From a virus: a stretch of 32,000 nucleotides of DNA. Shown piece by piece: positions 7,285-15,074 of the stretch. The notes below the pieces were generated by a model, which was not told where the DNA came from, ran no database searches, and worked only from the letters and a program-made list of their open reading frames with translations. The stretch spans positions 1-32,000 of IMG/VR virus record IMGVR_UViG_3300011724_000029. One strand, written 5' to 3'. Numbering within the stretch: the first letter of the stretch is position 1; the number at the start of each line of letters is the position of its first letter. The position numbers and the translations under genes were made by a program.

Positions 7285-7629
7285 CTACTTTTCGATAATA
7301 TTGAACTTACAATCTTTCCAACGTATATTGCCATTGATGTAATCAAGAGCTCCTGTACTTCTATCACCAGAATAGAAGGTGCCTGTTTTTCTAGAGTTTG
7401 TTTGAGGATCTAAAAATTCAACTTGAAAGAAAACTGGACTGACAGCATTTAATACCAACTGTAAATTAGATTGAGAAAGATGCTTCCAAGCTACCTCAAT
7501 CTTTCGTTTAGTAGCTATACGTTCGATTATCATATCGCCTCTAGCATTTCGTTCAGCCTTCGAAATATCCATAATCCCAACTTGGTAATCGGAAGGAGTG
7601 GGAATCTCCTTGCCATCAATTTTAATCAA
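7285..7629 (-). CDS. Small tail component in the distal-tail-protein (Dit) position
   Basis: First gene after the tape measure. TTG at 7629 lies 5 nt after AAGGGGTGA. It is much shorter than canonical Dit proteins. Confidence 0.45.
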   Translation of the reverse strand: MIKIDGKEIPTPSDYQVGIMDISKAERNARGDMIIERIATKRKIEVAWKHLSQSNLQLVLNAVSPVFFQVEFLDPQTNSRKTGTFYSGDRSTGALDYINGNIRWKDCKFNIIEK

Positions 7630-7643
7630 ATTCCTCACCCCTT

Positions 7644-10600
7644 TTAAACTGGTCGTATGATTGGAGAACCGATTCGTTGTTCTTCGCGCGCCAGGTATGG
7701 ATTCATAATACGCGCAAATGTTGTACCATCCACATTTAATACGATATCACCATTGTCATTACTAGATGATTGTTGTCCTCCCATTTGCATTGCTGCCATA
7801 ACAGCAGTACCTAGAGCACTGGCTAATTTGTCCACAAATGGAGTGTTTTCAAGAGGTACAACCATTTCAGCGCCTGCCTCACCAGCAATGTAATTACCAA
7901 AGTTCGTAGCTCCATCTACGATACCACCGCGTGCTAGTTTAGGTATTTGAGGCACTGGAATCAAGTTAATATTTACATCAAACCCAGGTATTTTATTCGC
8001 TAATGATATTGCACCTTGAATCATGCGATTTAGGTTGTCTAGAATGCCTCGAATCGCAAAGTTAATTACATCAATCACAATGTTCATGACTCCTTTAAAA
8101 ATGCCAGAAATCATCTCAACAAGCCCTTTGTAGATATCCACTATTCCTTGCCAAGCTTTACGCCAGTTACCTGTGAAAACACCTACTAAAAAGTCAATCA
8201 ATCCACCTAGTACCTTTAAAAGAGCCTTTATGATGTCGGATATTTTAGCAATCGATGTTGTAACGATATCAACGATTAAAAGGAAAACATTTTTAAATTC
8301 CGGTCCTAAAATGTCAATTAGTAATTTTACAATAGGAGTAATAAATTTATTGGAAATTTCAAGAACTCCGTTTACTAATTTAGCTATGAAATCGCCTAAT
8401 TCTTTGATCAAGCCCTTCAAGTGTTCATTCCACAACCAAGTTAATTTTTCTAGAAATGGTTCAACAATTGGTTTTAATACCTTGTCCCATAATGCTTGAA
8501 AAATATCTTCTATGTTTTTGAATAAATCCTTTAGGTTTTTTAGCAAATCCTTACCATGTTTATCCCACAAATCTTCTACAATTTTTAAAGTATCTGTGAC
8601 AATTTTTTTGACTAAGTCAAAGGTTGGTTTGATAACTGATTTGTAAATGTCATTCATTAAATTAGCTGCCCATTCAAAAGCTTCTACTGCTATTTCGAAA
8701 GCCGTGACTAAGACATCTGTAAATATCGGTACCAATGTTCTTACAATTGCATCGGCTATTGGGATAACAAAATTATTTAATAAATAATCAACAAATGGTT
8801 TGATCGTTCCGTCCAAAAGATTTTGCAGTGCTGCCCCAATCTTTGGCACCATTTCAATAAATGCGTTTTTAATCTTTTCTAATGCTGGCAAGATCACTGT
8901 TGCTGTAAGATTGTTTAGCGTATCCGTTGCTGTTTTAAATGTCTTTGAAAATAATTGCATCGCATACACTAAGACATCTGTAAAAATTGGTACGAACGTT
9001 TTTAAAAGTTGAGCTGAAATAGGTATTATAAAACCGTTTAATATAAAGTCTACTAAAGGTTTGATTGTTCCATCTAAAAGTGACTGTAAGGTCTGTGCAA
9101 CAGATGAGCTCATTTCTAGCCAAGCAAATTTGATTTTCTCAAGCGATGGAAGTAAAGTACCATTCCATAAATTGATTATTTCATCGGTTACATTTTGCAT
9201 TGTTCTAGCAAGTAAGTCCATGCTCCAAACAGCTACATCAGCGAATACTGGCGCAAAATCTTCAACAAATCCAGTTACGATAGCTGGGATAAAATCAAAC
9301 AAAATATAACCAGCTGCAGGTTTTAAAAACTCGTCTACTAGTTGCATAAGCGTGCCGCCAATTTCCCTAAACGACTGTTTGATTGGCTCTACTGCATCTC
9401 GTAGTGGTTGTAGGGCTGGACCAATTCCACTAAACGCTTCTGCAAACATTGAACCAAATTCTTTCGCACCATCCCACAAATCTTTGAAAGAACCTTTTAT
9501 TTTATCTACCATCTCTTGGATATGTGCTGGGATAGTTTCGGTATCGATTTCAGGCATATCGAAATCACCAATACCCATATCATCCATTCCACCAATACCA
9601 CCGTCGCCACCAGCACCTGAACCACCACTTCCGGAATCACTATCCGACTTTTTCGATGGCTCTGTAAGGGAGTTAATTTCATCAAAACCAGCTACTGATC
9701 GTTTCGCTTCTTCCGCTGCTTTCTTTGCCTTTTTCCCAGCCTTTTCTGCTTTTTTTCCTGCCTTTTCAGATGCTGCACCATACGAATCTTGTGCAGCTAC
9801 ACCACCACCAACAGCGGCAGTAGTTTGTTTCTGTGATTTTGAAACACCAAAAAATGCTTGCATAAAGTATTTAAAATAAGTCGTCACTCTTATTAACCAA
9901 TTTGCAAGCTTTTGGAGGATAGGAAGTACAAACCTTGCTATTGGCATAAATGCTTCCCCTATATTTGATTGCACGTCACTTAAAGTTTTACTTAAATATG
10001 CTAATTGACCAGCATAGGTTTCTGCATATCTCCCGGCGTCTCCAACTTGGAATTTGGTTTCATCCATGATTCCGTTAACTTCAGCTTGAATCTTTTGCTG
10101 CTGAGTTAGATTATTGGATGTGGTGCCAATAGATGCCGCATATTCATCCCACATTTTAGCTACGTTTTTTGTAACGCCAGCATTATCAACTAGTATACTG
10201 TTTTCATTTTTCAAACCCTCAGCAGCCGTTGCGACTGCGGCACCTAATGTATAAGATGACTGCCGTCCAAAAGCTGCAGCATCTTTTAAACGTTCCATTA
10301 CTTGTTGTATTTGTTCGTCATTATATCCCCTTGCAGCTAAATTTTTGTATGCATTTACGGCATCTGTAAGAGGTACAAGACCGTCGCTAATGTAATCATT
10401 AATAAAACCCTTTGCCTTAGCAAAAGAACGTCCTTGACCTTCAATAATACTTTGGAGACCCATATAAGCCCCCTCTAAATCACTTACTGCCTGAATGCCA
10501 TCTTTTATATACTTAACAATACCTAGGGTAGCTAAAGCTGCAGCTACACTCTTAAACGCACTTTTCATAGCATCCGTTGATTGTTTAACAGCATTATCTA

Positions 10601-10697
10601 ATCCACCAAGTTCTCTTCGGACATTATTAAGCTCGTTCCTCAAACCTGATGTCTCACTTGTGATTAGGATTTGAAGTTCTTCTAACGTCATTGCCAC
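7644..10697 (-). CDS. Tail tape measure protein
   Basis: Over 1000 aa and alpha-helical. Contains a Gly/Ser/Asp and Lys/Ala low-complexity block, three 87-aa internal repeats and a C-terminal 'LARGGIV...GEAGAEMVVPL' motif. The probable GTG start at 10697 lies 8 nt after GAGG; the track start is 10739. Confidence 0.85.
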   Translation of the reverse strand: MAMTLEELQILITSETSGLRNELNNVRRELGGLDNAVKQSTDAMKSAFKSVAAALATLGIVKYIKDGIQAVSDLEGAYMGLQSIIEGQGRSFAKAKGFINDYISDGLVPLTDAVNAYKNLAARGYNDEQIQQVMERLKDAAAFGRQSSYTLGAAVATAAEGLKNENSILVDNAGVTKNVAKMWDEYAASIGTTSNNLTQQQKIQAEVNGIMDETKFQVGDAGRYAETYAGQLAYLSKTLSDVQSNIGEAFMPIARFVLPILQKLANWLIRVTTYFKYFMQAFFGVSKSQKQTTAAVGGGVAAQDSYGAASEKAGKKAEKAGKKAKKAAEEAKRSVAGFDEINSLTEPSKKSDSDSGSGGSGAGGDGGIGGMDDMGIGDFDMPEIDTETIPAHIQEMVDKIKGSFKDLWDGAKEFGSMFAEAFSGIGPALQPLRDAVEPIKQSFREIGGTLMQLVDEFLKPAAGYILFDFIPAIVTGFVEDFAPVFADVAVWSMDLLARTMQNVTDEIINLWNGTLLPSLEKIKFAWLEMSSSVAQTLQSLLDGTIKPLVDFILNGFIIPISAQLLKTFVPIFTDVLVYAMQLFSKTFKTATDTLNNLTATVILPALEKIKNAFIEMVPKIGAALQNLLDGTIKPFVDYLLNNFVIPIADAIVRTLVPIFTDVLVTAFEIAVEAFEWAANLMNDIYKSVIKPTFDLVKKIVTDTLKIVEDLWDKHGKDLLKNLKDLFKNIEDIFQALWDKVLKPIVEPFLEKLTWLWNEHLKGLIKELGDFIAKLVNGVLEISNKFITPIVKLLIDILGPEFKNVFLLIVDIVTTSIAKISDIIKALLKVLGGLIDFLVGVFTGNWRKAWQGIVDIYKGLVEMISGIFKGVMNIVIDVINFAIRGILDNLNRMIQGAISLANKIPGFDVNINLIPVPQIPKLARGGIVDGATNFGNYIAGEAGAEMVVPLENTPFVDKLASALGTAVMAAMQMGGQQSSSNDNGDIVLNVDGTTFARIMNPYLAREEQRIGSPIIRPV
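8560..9345 (-). repeat. Three tandem 261-nt (87-aa) in-frame repeats inside the tape measure gene
   Basis: 'LLDGTIKP(L/F)VD(F/Y)(I/L)LN..(I/V)IPI....L..(F/L)VPIFTDVLV' appears twice, and a diverged first copy reads 'LVDEFLKPAAGYILFDFIPAIV..FAPVFADVAV'. Antisense marker ORFs start 261 nt apart (8800 and 9061). Confidence 0.75.
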
Positions 10698-11426
10698 GAT
10701 CTTCACCTCGCTTCCGTTTTTCAAATGCATAAGCTTCAATTCGAGCTTTCATTAGTTGCCAATTTTGTTGTCTTACTTGTTGAAGTTGGGCTTTTTGTTC
10801 AAGTTCAGGGAATATTGCCGGGAATGCTTCGTGTATTTCTTTTGGAGCTTGCTTACTTCCAAGAGATATTCCAACTAGATGAGATATTAAATTGGCTTGA
10901 TGATAGGCAATGATAGATTTAGTCTGCAATTCTATCTCTTGCCTTTTTGAAAACCCTTTAATGGCAGCAAATATCTCTTTGTAAGTCATATCCCAATAAA
11001 AAACTGCATCCACGCCTGCCTCTACAGCAATTGGATACAGTTTTTCGAATAGTTCTGTTAAGTTTTTTACAGGTTCGCTGTTGCTACTGTTGCCGCCGTC
11101 TCCTGGCTCGTTGACTTGAAAAAACCACTTGTTCTAAAAGTATCAACCATAATTGGTATTAAATCTGTATAAGAATTACCTGCATCAACATAATCATCAT
11201 ATAGTTCAAGTACTTTCTCCCATGTCATTCCATGATGATACTTTTGCATTGATGCATGTAGGATTAACAACAAACTCCCCACTGATGGGATTTCTCCATT
11301 TTCAACTGTCATTAACACTTGTAGAGGATTCCTTCCACCTAATTTTTTCTCTAATTCAACGATAGCTGAAGCAGTAGCTCTCAATTTGTATTCATTTTCT
11401 CCAACCTTAAAAGTCGTATATAACAT
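10654..11426 (-). CDS. Tail assembly chaperone G-T fusion made by -1 programmed ribosomal frameshift
   Basis: The ORF 10654..11013 is in the -1 frame relative to 11067..11426. By hand translation that frame is open from the TAG just upstream of the slippery site down to 10654. Confidence 0.7.
11067..11426 (-). CDS. Tail assembly chaperone (G-like, zero-frame product)
   Basis: Lies between the tail tube and the tape measure. ATG at 11426 is 8 nt after GGAGG. Contains the slippery site near its 3' end. Confidence 0.75.
   Translation of the reverse strand: MLYTTFKVGENEYKLRATASAIVELEKKLGGRNPLQVLMTVENGEIPSVGSLLLILHASMQKYHHGMTWEKVLELYDDYVDAGNSYTDLIPIMVDTFRTSGFFKSTSQETAATVATANL
11118..11124 (-). 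other. -1 frameshift slippery heptamer T TTT TTC
   Basis: The zero frame reads GGT TTT TTC, giving an X XXY YYZ motif. The plus strand shows gaaaaaa at 11118..11124. Confidence 0.65.
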
Positions 11427-11441
11427 AACGTTTTCCTCCAA

Positions 11442-11470
11442 TTTAAAAAGCACTCCCAATGAGAGTGCTT
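11442..11470 (-). terminator. Rho-independent terminator after the Pmp3-like gene
   Basis: The minus strand reads AAGCACTC-TCATTGG-GAGTGCTT followed by TTTAAATT. It sits between 11476 and the chaperone RBS. Confidence 0.6.
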
Positions 11471-11475
11471 TAGAA

Positions 11476-11670
11476 TTAATTATTTTGTTGAATTGCTTTG
11501 ATTAACTTATTGTTGCGTTTATCAGCATTGTACTGATTTACCACTAAAATTGCATGAATAACACCAGGAACATAAAAACAAAGTGTTAAAACACAGTTAA
11601 TTAAAAATTGAAAAGGTTTCCCACATGATAGAATGGCCAAAGGTGGAATAAGACATAATAAATACCTCAA
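11476..11670 (-). CDS. Pmp3 / YqaE (UPF0057) family small membrane proteolipid
   Basis: 'LIPPLAILSCGKPFQFLINCVLTLCFYVPGVIHAILVV' matches the Pmp3 consensus (PPLA..G..F.IN..LTL..y.PG.IHA). TTG at 11670 lies 8 nt after GGAGG; the track start is 11712. Confidence 0.8.
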   Translation of the reverse strand: MRYLLCLIPPLAILSCGKPFQFLINCVLTLCFYVPGVIHAILVVNQYNADKRNNKLIKAIQQNN

Positions 11671-11731
11671 TAGAATTACCTCCGCATATTGATTATAGGA
11701 AAACTCTACCACAAATATTGTTGAATTCCAA

Positions 11732-12160
11732 TTAAGGCGTTGGATTAGTCACTGTGATATCACTTTGCAAACTCATTGATGCCGTGAATGTCATCGCTGC
11801 ATTAACTGCTGCAGAATCCATTTTAACGTTTACATATGCCTCAAATTCATGTCCTGTACCATCTGGATATTCTACCTTAAATGTTACTGGCTTATTTGCC
11901 TCTTGTAAGCCACGTAATACACGGTAGTTACTTGTTGCTGTTTCGTTATCATATAAAAACTTAAAAGCTAAGTCTCCTAAATCACGAATACCGGGAATGT
12001 ATTGTTTAACTCCACTCGCTAGTGTGGTTACATCTACTTTTTCTGGATCTCCACCTAACTCTGGCACCTCCATTAAGTGCTCAATTTCAGTAAAAGATGA
12101 ACCACTATCTTTATAACTCAACGTAGTGTCTTTCGTTAATAAACCTGCCAATGTTTCCAC
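11732..12160 (-). CDS. Major tail (tail tube) protein
   Basis: 'VPELGGDPEKVDVTTL...IPGIRDLGDLAFKF' is typical of the TP901-1/phi13 tail tube family. Position is upstream of the chaperone. The start is GTG at 12160 or TTG at 12151. Confidence 0.8.
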   Translation of the reverse strand: METLAGLLTKDTTLSYKDSGSSFTEIEHLMEVPELGGDPEKVDVTTLASGVKQYIPGIRDLGDLAFKFLYDNETATSNYRVLRGLQEANKPVTFKVEYPDGTGHEFEAYVNVKMDSAAVNAAMTFTASMSLQSDITVTNPTP

Positions 12161-12165
12161 TCTCC

Positions 12166-12519
12166 TTATTGATGTACTAATTTAGTTCGTTTATCGACAA
12201 TACCTCTAAAGCGCATTGTTTTGCGTTTCATACCACTTGGATCATTCAAATCTGCTGAGAATTGTCTTAGAAAGCCGATACTCGCCATTTTGTCGTTAAC
12301 TTCTTGCGAAATTGAACCAGTTGACCTTGTATGCCACACATCAATTAAAATAATAATTTCTGATTGTAGCTCAGTACTCATACTTCGGTAGTTAGAGTTA
12401 TCAGCTTCCTTAAATGTGATATGGGGTGTTTTCTCTGGACTTGCAGGAAACTGATCGGATACAGTAACGCCATTGATCGTTAATAATAAGGCATTTACTT
12501 CTGGTTTCACATCGTACAT
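12166..12519 (-). CDS. Tail completion / tail terminator-like protein
   Basis: Position between the HK97 gp10-like gene and the tail tube; size 117 aa. Confidence 0.55.
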   Translation of the reverse strand: MYDVKPEVNALLLTINGVTVSDQFPASPEKTPHITFKEADNSNYRSMSTELQSEIIILIDVWHTRSTGSISQEVNDKMASIGFLRQFSADLNDPSGMKRKTMRFRGIVDKRTKLVHQ

Positions 12520-12954
12520 TTAACCACCTAGCTTTCGTATTTCCTTTTTCAATTCCTCTTTTACCATTTGTTTGACCTTTCCTTCATTGTGCTTTATGGC
12601 TGGATATAGATAAGGTTGTGCCTCCATACCTGACCAATCTTGCCTGTAGGATACGTTTTCTGGTGACTTGGGAGGTGCAGGGGATGAAGCACCTCTTTGT
12701 CCTGTACCAAATTCAACATATTGTGCATATTCAAGATTTGTTGATACTTTACCAGTAATAACACCGTTTTTCTCTTGAATATTGGTTTGAATACTATTTC
12801 TTAAAAAACCACTATCTCCAACTGGCGCAAGATTTTTAGCATCTCCTTGCACGTGGATAGTCGCTTTCTGTATGCCTTTTTTTAAAGCTTTTTGGCTGTT
12901 GCCACCTAGTGTGTCGATTTTACGTAAAAGACTATCCATACCTCGAATTGTCAT
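12520..12954 (-). CDS. HK97 gp10-family head-tail joining protein
   Basis: 'VSTNLEYAQYVEFGTG' motif. The ATG at 12954 forms an ATGA overlap with the upstream stop. Confidence 0.75.
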   Translation of the reverse strand: MTIRGMDSLLRKIDTLGGNSQKALKKGIQKATIHVQGDAKNLAPVGDSGFLRNSIQTNIQEKNGVITGKVSTNLEYAQYVEFGTGQRGASSPAPPKSPENVSYRQDWSGMEAQPYLYPAIKHNEGKVKQMVKEELKKEIRKLGG

Positions 12955-13280
12955 GTTCTCACCTTCTCTAAATCGATTACAAAATGAGAATTCCAAGACC
13001 TAATAGCTACAACCTTGTAGTCAGGGTTTTTGTCATCGTCAACATTAATATAGAAACCATCAGATTCTTGTACATTATTTAACGACTCTAGATATGCCGT
13101 CATCATATACATCAAACGTTCACCGTACATCTCCGACATCATTTTTCCTCCTGCCGGTTGAACATTAGCTTCTACTTTTCTTTCCTCTCCCCAATCTTCA
13201 TAAGTGGTTCCGTCTGGTTCAGTTATCGTTGTCCGTCGTTTGACTGTGTACTCTTTTAAATCACGCTGTCTAAGTCGCAT
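12951..13280 (-). CDS. Head closure / head-tail adaptor protein
   Basis: Size and order in the connector cluster. The pattern 'EPDGTTYEDWGEERKVEANVQP' is typical of the head closure family. Confidence 0.65.
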   Translation of the reverse strand: MRLRQRDLKEYTVKRRTTITEPDGTTYEDWGEERKVEANVQPAGGKMMSEMYGERLMYMMTAYLESLNNVQESDGFYINVDDDKNPDYKVVAIRSWNSHFVIDLEKVRT

Positions 13281-13584
13281 AGCGAGTCGCCTTTAGTAAT
13301 CTGTATTGAATGATAGTGTTTTGTATGGATTGAGGTAAATCATCGAAAGAAAGGCTAATACCACCCTCTGAGTGCGATGTTTGCCCTTCAACACCTTGCA
13401 TGTTGTAGCGAATGACACCAATTTGACGTACAACGGAATTTAATACTTCTGGTAGCTCTTTGCGATTGGTCCATATAAGCACATCATCTTTAACATCTTC
13501 TAAGATAAGGTTTAATTCATCGTCCTTGGATTCATTTTTAATACCAAGAGTGATCTTAAATTTATCTAATAGAGTTTGTGTCAC
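13270..13584 (-). CDS. gp6-like head-tail connector protein
   Basis: 'LLDKFKITLGI...DDELNLILEDVKDDVL' resembles the Phage_connect_1 N-terminus. It is the first connector gene after the capsid block. Confidence 0.65.
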   Translation of the reverse strand: MTQTLLDKFKITLGIKNESKDDELNLILEDVKDDVLIWTNRKELPEVLNSVVRQIGVIRYNMQGVEGQTSHSEGGISLSFDDLPQSIQNTIIQYRLLKATRYAT

Positions 13585-13775
13585 GTTTCCACCCCATCTA
13601 TTGTGGCAATTACTTCTTTTAACTTCTTCATACCTAATTTAGAAGCATTTTCAATACCTAACTCTTTAGCCCGTTCACGTAATTGAGTTAATTCATCGTT
13701 GGCATCCTGTTCTTTCTTTAACGCTTGTTTAGCAGCTTGTTCGCGCCTCATGCGCTGAAATGCTGTTGCTGACAT
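13581..13775 (-). CDS. Small hypothetical head protein with Rho-N/SAP-like helix motif
   Basis: 'LRERAKELGIENASKLGMKKLKEVIATI'. The ATG at 13775 lies 5 nt after AAGGAGTGA. Confidence 0.55.
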   Translation of the reverse strand: MSATAFQRMRREQAAKQALKKEQDANDELTQLRERAKELGIENASKLGMKKLKEVIATIDGVET

Positions 13776-13800
13776 ATTCATCACTCCTTATATTAAAATT

Positions 13801-13829
13801 TTCCAAATTAAAAGGTTAATTGCTATAAT
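13801..13829 (+). promoter_or_regulatory. Extended -10 promoter TGCTATAAT for the zinc-ribbon mini-gene
   Basis: TGCTATAAT at 13821..13829 with a weak -35 TTCCAA at 13801..13806. It lies 34 nt upstream of the TTG start. Confidence 0.55.
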
Positions 13830-13862
13830 TGTCGAATCATGTATTTAAAGGAGGTGATTCCA

Positions 13863-14009
13863 TTGACTTATAAAACAGGTGAAAAACCAGGCAAAGGTAC
13901 ATACGAGTGTACTACTTGTAACCGTACTTTATATTTAGATGAAGATTCAGACAGATTACCACCATGCCCAACTTCAGGATGTGATGGTACGGAATACAAA
14001 CGCGCATAA
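13863..14009 (+). CDS. 48-aa zinc-ribbon protein (CxxC...CxxxxC), opposite strand to the late operon
   Basis: Hand translation gives MTYKTGEKPGKGTYECTTCNRTLYLDEDSDRLPPCPTSGCDGTEYKRA. AGGAGGTGA lies 5 nt before the TTG at 13863. It has its own promoter and terminator. Confidence 0.65.
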   Translation: MTYKTGEKPGKGTYECTTCNRTLYLDEDSDRLPPCPTSGCDGTEYKRA

Positions 14010-14020
14010 TTCCAAAAAAA

Positions 14021-14051
14021 GAAGCCTTGCATTTGAAGGCTTCGTTTTTTG
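14021..14051. terminator. Bidirectional rho-independent terminator (ends the capsid gene and the zinc-ribbon gene)
   Basis: GAAGCCTT-GCATTTG-AAGGCTTC is flanked by an A7 run upstream and GTTTTTTGTTT downstream. Confidence 0.8.
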
Positions 14052-14052
14052 T

Positions 14053-15057
14053 TTATTTTAATTTGTAATCAAATTTCACAATACGGATTGCCTTTGGTTC
14101 GTATACACGTCCCCAGTTATCAGCTAAAGCAACCTCTGCATTTGAAGGTGTTGGGCCTGCAACAGTTGTGTTTTTAAATTTAACGCCTCGTGGGTGTAAT
14201 ACAAACGCTTGACGGTTGATAAGGATATCATCGCCAGCTAGTGAATCACGATCTGTTTCTACAGCCTCTGGGTGGAATCCATTACCTAAACCGATAGCAC
14301 CTTCACCAAAAAGGTATGATGTATAAACATCACCATTTACTGGGTGGCCATCATCAACAATTACGCGGCGACCCATATAAGTAGGAATTTGTACTTTCCC
14401 CTCTGAGTCAGGGATAAATTCGATTAGGTTTTGCTTTTGTAAATGCGTGTATGCTGCACTATGCATTGAGATAGCAGTTAGTAGACTAGAAGCATCACCT
14501 AGTTTTTGTTTAGCATCAAGGAATGTAGAACCTGATAAAACTGCATCGTTTCCTGTTAATGTTGAAATATCATGCGTATTATCAGCCATTGTTGGTGAAG
14601 CAAATACCCCTTTCAACATTGCGAACAAAAGCGCTTGTCGGCGACGTGCCCAATAAGTAGCCACTAAATCACCGATAGCTGCCATAGGGTCAGAACCAGC
14701 TAATACATGCGCTAAATCATTCGAACTCCAAGCTTTACCACGTAAGAATAGTGCCGCAACATCTTGTCCAGCCGTGATTTTCCCAGGTGTTAATGCATCA
14801 TCATCTGAAAGCACTTCATCTTCACCATCAAGATCTTCCCAGTACGGCATGTTAATAAGAATACCGCCACCTTGCGCTAATGCGTCTAATTCTGGATTAT
14901 TTGAGATAATACCAGATGATTGTAGTGCGGAAAGTTCCATAGTGCGTTGAATAACATAAGGGTTGAATACTTCTGGGACAATCACATCGCTGATTTTTGT
15001 CTTTGCGAACATTTGAATGTCTAATTTCATCAGTAAATTAAATTTTGTTGTAATCAT
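14053..15057 (-). CDS. Major capsid protein
   Basis: 334 aa directly after the scaffold gene. N-terminal 'KLDIQMFA' pro-sequence motif. Followed by a strong terminator. Confidence 0.8.
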   Translation of the reverse strand: MITTKFNLLMKLDIQMFAKTKISDVIVPEVFNPYVIQRTMELSALQSSGIISNNPELDALAQGGGILINMPYWEDLDGEDEVLSDDDALTPGKITAGQDVAALFLRGKAWSSNDLAHVLAGSDPMAAIGDLVATYWARRRQALLFAMLKGVFASPTMADNTHDISTLTGNDAVLSGSTFLDAKQKLGDASSLLTAISMHSAAYTHLQKQNLIEFIPDSEGKVQIPTYMGRRVIVDDGHPVNGDVYTSYLFGEGAIGLGNGFHPEAVETDRDSLAGDDILINRQAFVLHPRGVKFKNTTVAGPTPSNAEVALADNWGRVYEPKAIRIVKFDYKLK

Positions 15058-15074
15058 TAATAATCAATTCTCCT

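Noticed and set aside
7657-9879. Plus-strand ORFs inside the tape measure gene (7657..7893, 8173..8499, 8800..9012, 9061..9309, 9352..9879; up to 175 aa)
   Set aside because: They are antisense shadows of a long, compositionally biased gene. None has an RBS, their sequences are low-complexity Ser/Pro/Ile-rich, and two of them simply mirror the internal repeat (both start MIVPSK).
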